Origin: an uncultured Gammaproteobacteria bacterium
GTDB lineage: Bacteria > Patescibacteriota > Microgenomatia > Curtissbacterales > GWA2-41-24
Direction of reading: 5' to 3'
DNA length: 34,557 nucleotides
Assembly (NCBI GenBank): GCA_964511055.1
Contig: CAZEDQ010000006.1
Span: 1-34,557 of the forward strand
The notes below the pieces were generated by a model, which did not search any database, was not told the DNA's origin, and saw only the letters and a program-made list of their open reading frames with translations. Positions 10,501-16,507 of the stretch are shown here, piece by piece. Both the position numbers and the translations under genes were made by a program. Every line of letters begins with the position of its first letter. Positions within the stretch are counted from its first letter, which is position 1.

Positions 10501-10971
10501 CGGTCTTATTTCGCAGTTATAGAGAACTTTTCCTGTGGCCGGATCAATTTCCGCCGAGTAATAGACTCCGGGAGCCCTGACCAGTTGAGTGACAACTGCC
10601 CTTTCGATACCGTTTACAATAAACGATCCTTTTTCGAGCATTAACGGCAAGTCACACAAGAATACTTCCTGAGTATTTTTGTCGCCGGTTTGCTTATTTG
10701 TTACCGTTGCTTCTATTTTTAGTGGAACGTCGTATGTGATACCTTTTTTTACAGCTTCATCGGGTGTATGTTTTGGTTTCCCAAATGAATAATCGCCGAA
10801 AGCCAAAATGAAATTTTTTCCCGTAAAATCTTCTACCGGTGTGATTTCATCAATTACTTCTTTGATGCCGGTCTCTAGAAATTTTTCAAAAGAATCACGC
10901 TGGACTTTTACCAAATCCAGTTCAGGTAAGTTGATGTCTTTTATTTGGCCCCAGGATATACGCTTGGTCAC
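7588..10971 (-). CDS. rpoB: DNA-directed RNA polymerase subunit beta
   Basis: 1127 aa with a GTG start. Conserved blocks include GSFIVNGIERAVV, RLRRVGELV, GRHGNKGVISKI and MEVWALEAYGAAYTLQE. The C-terminus carries an acidic tail. Confidence 0.98.
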   Translation of the reverse strand: MTKRISWGQIKDINLPELDLVKVQRDSFEKFLETGIKEVIDEITPVEDFTGKNFILAFGDYSFGKPKHTPDEAVKKGITYDVPLKIEATVTNKQTGDKNTQEVFLCDLPLMLEKGSFIVNGIERAVVTQLVRAPGVYYSAEIDPATGKVLYNCEIRPLRGSWLEFAITKNDVITVKIDRRRKFPVTTFLRAIGFEDNEAIIKLFEPVIDENTKHFVLNTLEKDATSTQDEALLEIYRRMRPGDHVILDNAKALIENMFFNPRRYSLGKVGRYKVQKRLKHIKERVTNSQNSDADSQILTSADFIASIAYLFDLLAGKGRVDDIDHLGNRRLRRVGELVAQNAFRIGMLRLERVIKERMSLTPVDEPLPSPATLINARPIISAINEFFRSSQLSTILDQTNPLAELDNLRRLTVMGTGGIARERAAFSIRDINHSQYSRICPIRSPEGPNIGLVTYMALYCRVNDYGFLEAPYRKVAKDKNGKAVVTNEIVYLAADDEEDYYITHAQIAVDSKGYIAEERVPVRYNGEFTTAAQNMVNFIDVVPRQVVGTSASLIPFLAHDEANRALMGTHMQCQAVPLIKPQSPIVGTGMEEVVGINMGRAVRTPQDGEVIYVDSKKIIIKTKSASGKSEEVTIPIQKFARSPQSTCYSQRPRVTSGEKIKKGDIIIDGSATEDGELALGQNLTIAYMSFDGLGYEDAIVISDRLSKEDVLTSIHIEEYETSVVETKLGPEETTRDIPNVSEEDLANLDDEGIVVVGAEVGPNDILVGKIAPKGETELTAEERLLRTIFGEKAREVRDTSLRMPHGEKGTVIDIKILSRDKGDELEHGAVSKIVVKVAQMRKVVVGDKLAGRHGNKGVISKIVPQADMPYMEDGTPIDIIISPLSVLSRMNLGQLLETHLGWAADKLNYKVGLPVFEQIREENIVTELKKAGLPTDGRATLYDGRTGLTFDRPIVVGKAYIMKLIHMVEDKTHARSTGPYSLITQQPLGGKAQMGGQRLGEMEVWALEAYGAAYTLQEMLTIKSDDVVGRAKAFEAIIKGEEIPQALIPESFKVLVKELNSLSLNVQTVGAKTVEEEKVTPKTEEEEKKGLELAVASGEEIVGVESEITNIKGPMELEEAAEVQKTP

Positions 10972-11146
10972 AAGTTTGTAAGCTTTCTAATAAGTGATCT
11001 AATGCAGGCAGGTAATGTGAAGGATCGACCCGAGCCGTTTGGCGGCTTTAAATCTAGTTGTTGGTATGATCCACAGGAAAACGCCCCTACACAACAAAAA
11101 ACAAAGAGGTACGCAAAAATACCCCTTGCAAAGGTTATGTACTCGT

Positions 11147-11175
11147 ACTATATACCAGGATTATTGTTTTGTCAA
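11147..11175 (-). promoter_or_regulatory. candidate strong promoter upstream of rpoB
   Basis: Read on the minus strand: TTGACA (11170-11175), 17-nt spacer, TATAGT (11147-11152). It lies 9 nt downstream of the mltG stop and about 175 nt upstream of the rpoB GTG. Confidence 0.45.
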
Positions 11176-11183
11176 TATAGTTT

Positions 11184-12191
11184 TTACTGGAGGTAGGTTT
11201 GGATGTTATTGTTGTGCTCCTGGGCAGTCTTGGCATAATGGATTTTGCCTGTAGTGTCATGGAGATAATAGTAATAATCCGTCTGGGCGGGGCTTGCGGC
11301 AGCGTTTATTGAGTCCTGGCCAGGACTTGCTATTGGCGCTGGGGGCAAACCTAAGTGCAGGTATGTGTTATACGCTGATTTGATATCTTGGTAATTTGCT
11401 ACCGTAACTTGCGGCCACCATGTATTTTGTGCACTGACATAGCCTTTAGCATAACTAACAGTGGCATCAACTTGAAGTGGCAGACCTGCGTTTAGCCTAT
11501 TTATAAATATTCCGGCAATTATCGGTTTTTCTTCACTGGTTTTTGCCTCTTTTTCGAGGAGTGATGCTAGGATTATGACGTCTTGTGGTGATAATCCGTA
11601 TTTGGTCCCTTTATTCAGCACAGTATCACTTACTTTTTGTTTGAAAGTTTGCTGAAAACGGTCGCTTACGTCCTCGGCGGTTGCATCTTTAGGAATAAGA
11701 TAGGTGTCCGGAAACATATATCCCTCTTTTGCAAGTTGTATGTATTGTTTTTTATCGAATTTGTAGTCTTCGTTTGCACCAAATTTCAATTTTTGCTCAA
11801 TTCTGTCTGCCTGTTCCTCAATCCGAAGCCCCTCAGGAATAGTTACCCAAACGTCAATGGCACCATGAGTCAGAAAAGTTGCGATTTCTTTGGAAGACAT
11901 ATCAGGGGAAATGTTAAAGTCCCCCGCTTGGATGTTTCGCGATATTCCCATTTGGGCAACCAAAAGCCTGAAGGCGAATGCGCTTTTTATCAGGTGCTCT
12001 TTTTCCAGGTTGGCCGCAACCTGAACTAGTGGCTGACCCGGAGTAATTACAATTGTCTTGGCTGGTGCGGGAGAAGAATATGATACTGGTTGGAGAAGTA
12101 AATTATAATATTTATAAAGCAAAACCGGTGAAGTAATTAGTAAAACAAAAAGAATGCCAAAAACAACCGGAAGTTTTTTGATGGCGGTCAT
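11184..12191 (-). CDS. mltG: endolytic murein transglycosylase MltG (YceG-like)
   Basis: N-terminal TM helix. Contains YMFPDTYLIP and ILASLLEKEAKTSEEKPIIAGIFINRLNAGLPLQVDATVSYA, matching the YceG catalytic block that includes the conserved Glu. Confidence 0.9.
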   Translation of the reverse strand: MTAIKKLPVVFGILFVLLITSPVLLYKYYNLLLQPVSYSSPAPAKTIVITPGQPLVQVAANLEKEHLIKSAFAFRLLVAQMGISRNIQAGDFNISPDMSSKEIATFLTHGAIDVWVTIPEGLRIEEQADRIEQKLKFGANEDYKFDKKQYIQLAKEGYMFPDTYLIPKDATAEDVSDRFQQTFKQKVSDTVLNKGTKYGLSPQDVIILASLLEKEAKTSEEKPIIAGIFINRLNAGLPLQVDATVSYAKGYVSAQNTWWPQVTVANYQDIKSAYNTYLHLGLPPAPIASPGQDSINAAASPAQTDYYYYLHDTTGKIHYAKTAQEHNNNIQTYLQ

Positions 12192-12394
12192 GCTTTTGCC
12201 TCCTCAATTGTAGCTCTCTTATATCTGCCTATTCTTTTGTCAAAAATAAAAATCCGGTTGCAGGAGCAAATAACTTTTTGGGAATTATCCACGCGTTCAA
12301 ATTTTCTGGCCAGTGATAGGTTTTTGCCGCAGCCCACACATTTCCCCTGTAAAAGAATCCAAGCCTGAACCGGGGCTAAAATTTTTTTAATCAT
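12188..12394 (-). CDS. 68-aa putative zinc-ribbon protein
   Basis: ATG start. Overlaps ruvX by 8 nt and mltG by 4 nt (ATGA). Carries the Cys pairs CVGC and CSC. Confidence 0.6.
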   Translation of the reverse strand: MIKKILAPVQAWILLQGKCVGCGKNLSLARKFERVDNSQKVICSCNRIFIFDKRIGRYKRATIEEAKA

Positions 12395-12773
12395 TTGCGT
12401 TTAAATATCCTTGTAATATTATACTTGCCGCAATTGCATCTTCTTTTTTTGACTTTTTTTTCTGCGGCAAACCGAGTTTAACCATAGTCTGGCGTGCTTG
12501 TCCAGTAGTAAGGGTTTCATCCTCCATAACAACTTTTATATTTGGTCTTTTGGTTTTAATTAGCTTGCCAAATTTTTCAAAATAACCTTTATTTTTACCT
12601 TCAACAAAGCCAAGGACGATTATTTCGGCGCTGAGATTATCGATTTCCTTTATAACCTTTTCAGACACTTCGCGCAGGGACTTATGGGTAATGGTTTTAT
12701 AAGGAGAAGCAATTGAGCCTTCGGATATTGCAAGGCCCGTTTTTTTTCTTCCGAGATCAATTCCTAAATACAT
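12387..12773 (-). CDS. ruvX: YqgF/RuvX family putative pre-16S rRNA nuclease / Holliday junction resolvase-like
   Basis: 128 aa. N-terminal MYLGIDLGRKKTGLAIS fits the RNase H-like YqgF signature. Adjacent to mltG, as in Firmicutes. Confidence 0.88.
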   Translation of the reverse strand: MYLGIDLGRKKTGLAISEGSIASPYKTITHKSLREVSEKVIKEIDNLSAEIIVLGFVEGKNKGYFEKFGKLIKTKRPNIKVVMEDETLTTGQARQTMVKLGLPQKKKSKKEDAIAASIILQGYLNAND

Positions 12774-12834
12774 CGCGTTAATGGTAAATGGTTGATTGTA
12801 AATAGTAAATAGTTACGACAAGGCACCAAGTTTT

Positions 12835-13560
12835 TTAGATCAGGCTTGTGATGACAACAAGTCTTTTGAGACTAGTTCCCGGTGGAACACAGGTCATCAA
12901 AGTTAATGTCTTTGCCCCTTTTGCAATTGGCGCCAATACGGAAGTATTGCTGGGATCAACAACCTTTTTGTACTGGACTACGTATTGATACGTTTTACCC
13001 TCAATTTTTGCAAAAACCGTATCCCCTATTTCCAATTTTGAAAGATCGGTGAATATCTCCTTGTAATTGGTTGGGTCATTAAACTGCGGAAGCACAGAAT
13101 GACCTGTAATAAAAGAGTTTCCCACCTCGCCCGGCAAAGCCGTGCCCGGAAAATGGGCCAGGTTGTCGTAAAATTTAAGAGTATCAACTTTTACCAAGGC
13201 GTCTTTTATTTTGAGTTTTGGAATAGCAAGAGAAAACTCTTCTGGGCGCTCTTTTTGAGGCTTAAGGTTTGTGGTGAAATAAGAAAATCCGTCCGGGTCG
13301 GTTGCAAGCTGGACATCTTCGATAAGTGAGGTTTTGGCGGAAAGGACTTTGACCTCGGGGATAGGAACATTTTCGATTTTTGATGCAAGTTTAGGTATAA
13401 GCCCAAAATTCCAAACCAAAAGAGGCCACGCTGCAAATATTATTGAAGAGAAGCCGACTAAAAGAATTGCAGATGCAAAAAACCTGTCCTTTTTCTTTTT
13501 TCTGATTTTATTGGCGATAGCTTCCTCGGGGTTTTGCTTTATATAAAGTGCGAGGCTCAT
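12835..13560 (-). CDS. sortase family transpeptidase
   Basis: N-terminal TM anchor. The catalytic triad context is present: ITGHS (His), TLTLMTCVPPGT (TLxTC Cys) and KRLVV (Arg). The ATG overlaps the upstream gene's stop (ATGA). Confidence 0.85.
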   Translation of the reverse strand: MSLALYIKQNPEEAIANKIRKKKKDRFFASAILLVGFSSIIFAAWPLLVWNFGLIPKLASKIENVPIPEVKVLSAKTSLIEDVQLATDPDGFSYFTTNLKPQKERPEEFSLAIPKLKIKDALVKVDTLKFYDNLAHFPGTALPGEVGNSFITGHSVLPQFNDPTNYKEIFTDLSKLEIGDTVFAKIEGKTYQYVVQYKKVVDPSNTSVLAPIAKGAKTLTLMTCVPPGTSLKRLVVITSLI

Positions 13561-15800
13561 TTAGCGCTCTCTATTTTAAAAGTAATTTTGTCCTTGTTTG
13601 CGGGAATTGTAAAGAAGATAAACAGTTTTGGGGAAAACTCAAATTGGACATTAGTAACTTGAGGGATTTGCTTTATCACTGACGCTGCGCCTTTGGTAGT
13701 TTTGCCGGCAATTTTACTTTTTAAGTCGTCGTCTGCGATTTTGGGAACTAAATCTGCATTATATTCACCACTTAAGATAAGTTTATCGCCTTTTGTTTGT
13801 GACGTCATTTTTGTGATTTGAATGTTTTGGGGTCTCGCTTCAAGGCTGTTGGTTGAGCCCTGGTTTACGGTTTGGGCAATTATGTTTTTTAAATCTTCTT
13901 CCCTGTAAACTGTTGCTTTGGCCTCAACTGTCATATTGAGGTTGAGAAGCGAGGCTTCATCGTCCAGTTTTTTGTCGAATTGTTTTTTGGTAACGGTTAT
14001 TGCCATTGCATCATCTGCTAACTGACGCCCGGGCGCACTATCCTTTAGGTTTGCTTTTGCTTTCTGGGTCAGGGAATCAAGCAGTGATTTGATAAGTTTA
14101 TCCATGTCGTCTTGTGAGACAACCGTAATTTGTTTCTGGTCGCCACCAGTGAATGCGTTGTCGTTCTTGGCAGAATATAATAGCTGGTCGTATTGCTGGA
14201 AAGTAAGATCTGAGGCTGCGGAAATGTTACCATCCGTCCCAAAATCCTGGGCAGTCACATCAGTTTGTTTCTCTCCCGGAAGCGAAGCGCTTCGGGATGC
14301 AACATCAATATCGGAATCCAATGTAAATTTAACACCATTTGAAGAAATTAAAACCGTCCCTTGTGAGAATGTCTTCGGGCTGGTTGTCCAATTAAAAACT
14401 TTGACTTGCCCCTTTGCTTTGTCACCGGTATTTTTAGTGCCTGTTGTGACAGCCTTTTGGTTTCCATCAACAGAAGCTGAGATTTCTTCACCGGGTATCA
14501 AGTTTTGTGAAGCGTCAAATATGCCGCCTCTTTGGGCAGTAACTTTAAAATCACCCTGCTGTACTTGTGTATTTGCTTTAATTATAATCTGCACGCTGGC
14601 AAGGGTTCTTGAGGCAATATAAGTTCCACCTACCAAAAAGATTAGAATACAGGCCAAAATAACCATTAAAGTTTTTTTTGATTTTGAGCCTTTGGTAAAA
14701 CTGAAAACATTTGGCAACCAAGCTAGAGTTGTAATTTTTTCTATCAGGCTTTGGCCTTTTTTTGTTGCAGTTGTTGCCGGTTTCTCCGGCTCCATTTTTT
14801 CCTGCTGCTTTTCTTGTTCACCTTCTACGGCATATCGTTCGACCGCTTCTACGTTTTTAAGCTCATCTTTGGTGCCCTTAATTTCCTCTTTGGGTGCTTT
14901 GCTGTCAGTTTCCAAAATGTCCTCACCCTCGATAAATCCCATATCGTTTGCAATAGCGGTTTCTTTATGTTGTGCCGGTTTTTCAATCTGGGTTTCGTCG
15001 GGTGCATCATTTTCGGTTTTAAGAGCATCAGTTTTTTGTTCGGCCCCGGTTAATATTGGGTCATGGCCGAGAACATCAGCAGCCTGGGAATAAGCAATTG
15101 CTTCCGCGATTTGATCATCTTCTAAAAAATCTATCTTGGGAGCGCTGACAAAAATATCTTTCCATTCTTCCTTTTTTGTTATTTCCTTCCCGAAGTGTGA
15201 ATCTTCTACTGCCCCATAAACTATTATTCTGGAAGGTAAATCCTGCCCTTCTTCAGTTTTGATCTGGCTGACAAGTTGGGTTATTTTTTCAATGGTAGCT
15301 TCCGATCTAGATGTTTTTGTGACTGTAACCTGGTTGTTTCTAACAAGGTGGACTTCTGTAAATTCAGCAAATGAACCTATCAAAATTACCTGAGGAGTTA
15401 CCGACTCGCGGATTTTCAGATAATGGCTAATTGATGAAGCCAGTGAAACATATGCCTGGGCACTTAGGTCAAGCTCTTCTGCCAAGCTTTTTAGAATAGC
15501 CGAAGATTCAGAAGAAAGGTTTTTGCCTTCAAAATAAGAACTGGAAAGGCCGAATACCGTTTGGGAAACATCGCTTTTGGCAAGTTTTCCGGCAGTATCG
15601 ATTGCTACTGCCGATTCATGGACAAGAGCCTCAACATTCTCAAATGATTTATTGGCAATACCCAGTACTTGAACATCTTCGCCTCTCAACACCCAAATGG
15701 CCGCAATTGTTTTGTTTGGGGTGAGAGTTAATGCTAAGTAGGTAGTGTCCTGCGGAGTTGGCTGCTTTTTAGAAAAAGCGGAAAATATATTTATGCCCAT
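13557..15800 (-). CDS. 747-aa bitopic membrane protein: degenerate FtsA/PilM-like cytoplasmic domain, acidic linker, TM helix, beta-rich extracytoplasmic domain
   Basis: The N-terminal ~250 aa follows the actin-fold strand/helix order of FtsA/PilM (YLALTLTPNKTIAAIWVL..., QVILIGSFAEFTEVHLV) but lacks the DxGS/DxGGGT phosphate motifs. One TM helix (LMVILACILIFLVGGTYIA) follows. The C-terminal ~350 aa is rich in Thr/Ser/Gly/Val. Confidence 0.8.
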   Translation of the reverse strand: MGINIFSAFSKKQPTPQDTTYLALTLTPNKTIAAIWVLRGEDVQVLGIANKSFENVEALVHESAVAIDTAGKLAKSDVSQTVFGLSSSYFEGKNLSSESSAILKSLAEELDLSAQAYVSLASSISHYLKIRESVTPQVILIGSFAEFTEVHLVRNNQVTVTKTSRSEATIEKITQLVSQIKTEEGQDLPSRIIVYGAVEDSHFGKEITKKEEWKDIFVSAPKIDFLEDDQIAEAIAYSQAADVLGHDPILTGAEQKTDALKTENDAPDETQIEKPAQHKETAIANDMGFIEGEDILETDSKAPKEEIKGTKDELKNVEAVERYAVEGEQEKQQEKMEPEKPATTATKKGQSLIEKITTLAWLPNVFSFTKGSKSKKTLMVILACILIFLVGGTYIASRTLASVQIIIKANTQVQQGDFKVTAQRGGIFDASQNLIPGEEISASVDGNQKAVTTGTKNTGDKAKGQVKVFNWTTSPKTFSQGTVLISSNGVKFTLDSDIDVASRSASLPGEKQTDVTAQDFGTDGNISAASDLTFQQYDQLLYSAKNDNAFTGGDQKQITVVSQDDMDKLIKSLLDSLTQKAKANLKDSAPGRQLADDAMAITVTKKQFDKKLDDEASLLNLNMTVEAKATVYREEDLKNIIAQTVNQGSTNSLEARPQNIQITKMTSQTKGDKLILSGEYNADLVPKIADDDLKSKIAGKTTKGAASVIKQIPQVTNVQFEFSPKLFIFFTIPANKDKITFKIESAK

Positions 15801-15856
15801 TATTCTCGTCTATCATTATATCAGGCCAAACATGCCTTTTTAGGACTTTTTAAGTC

Positions 15857-16489
15857 TTAAGGCGCCAACGGTGGAGGAAACGTAGGGGTTTGACCCGACT
15901 CGCTTGCCTCAGCACCATTTGTTGCCTGGGGCAATTGCCCAAACCCGCCGGTTGGTACTTGTGGTGTAGGGGTTGGCTCAATAACCTGTTGGGTATCCTG
16001 GGTTTTGGCGCTTTCCGGAGCTTGCGGTTTTTGTAAGACAAAAAACCAGGCGACAGCTGCAACAATTCCTATTAATACAAGAACGGCAATTATGATTACA
16101 AAAAGTTTTAGCTTTTTCATTTTTGAACCCGGAGGTGGGGGTGAAACCGGAGTATTTGGTATTTGACCCGGACCGGTAAAGGGTGTTGGGTCCGGCTGCA
16201 TAGGCTGTTCGGGTTGTTGCGGAGCGGGTGGTGGTGGTGGTGGAGGGGGCGGAGGTGGGGGTGGAGTCGGATAACTTTGAGCTAAATTTTTATCTTGTGC
16301 TAGGGAGAAACCCGGTCGTGGAGCACTAGCTTGTGGTGGCGTTTGCACGGGTGGCACTTGCTGTGGAACCGGTTGGCTGGTGCCCTGAATTAGGTCTTCG
16401 CCTGCGACAACAAATTGACCCGGCTCAATAGGGCTTTTTGCAGAATCTCCTTGAGGGTTTGGGTTATTCGTTTGGGCAGTTGGGTCCAT
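15857..16489 (-). CDS. proline-rich single-pass membrane protein
   Basis: 210 aa with an ATG start. Contains 13 consecutive Pro residues, one TM helix (LFVIIIAVLVLIGIVAAVAWFFVL), and Pro/Thr/Gln-rich segments on both sides of it. Confidence 0.75.
   Translation of the reverse strand: MDPTAQTNNPNPQGDSAKSPIEPGQFVVAGEDLIQGTSQPVPQQVPPVQTPPQASAPRPGFSLAQDKNLAQSYPTPPPPPPPPPPPPPAPQQPEQPMQPDPTPFTGPGQIPNTPVSPPPPGSKMKKLKLFVIIIAVLVLIGIVAAVAWFFVLQKPQAPESAKTQDTQQVIEPTPTPQVPTGGFGQLPQATNGAEASESGQTPTFPPPLAP
16226..16264 (-). repeat. 13 consecutive proline codons (CCN)13, seen as a G-rich tract on the plus strand
   Basis: Plus strand reads ggg tgg tgg tgg tgg tgg agg ggg cgg agg tgg ggg tgg. I counted the codons directly. 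Confidence 0.95.
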
Positions 16490-16507
16490 GAAATTATTTG
16501 AAATTTA

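Noticed and set aside
10945-11254. Plus-strand ORFs of 83 and 71 aa spanning the rpoB-mltG gap
   Set aside because: They overlap the ends of rpoB and mltG in antisense. The region is better explained as a minus-strand promoter plus leader, and the peptides have no recognisable features.
14089-15093. Long plus-strand ORFs (177 aa, 133 aa, 100 aa) antisense to the 747-aa gene. Similar antisense ORFs occur at 4968-5396, 9680-10048, 11637-12029, 23411-23917, 27113-27517 and 31394-31822.
   Set aside because: They lie entirely inside well-supported minus-strand genes with recognisable conserved motifs. Their translations are low-complexity Ser/Phe/Cys/Leu-rich, typical of shadow frames, and they have no independent start or RBS context.
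15857-15960. LPQATNG near the C-terminus of the Pro-rich protein as a sortase sorting signal
   Set aside because: It does not fit LPXTG, since position 4 is Ala rather than Thr. It is also not followed by a hydrophobic segment and a basic tail.
15850-16065. Alternative-frame minus-strand ORFs overlapping real genes (also 21484-21744, 13206-13436, 17683-17901, 5308-5535, 23525-23824 and 20941-21165)
   Set aside because: Each overlaps a longer ORF on the same strand or at a convergent gene end that has clear homology or membrane-protein features. The alternative translations are Arg/Lys/Pro-rich frame artefacts.
16226-16264. G-quadruplex on the plus strand of the polyproline tract
   Set aside because: Only three runs of three or more G are present, and the rest are GG doublets. 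The canonical four-tract requirement is not met, and codon composition fully explains the tract.
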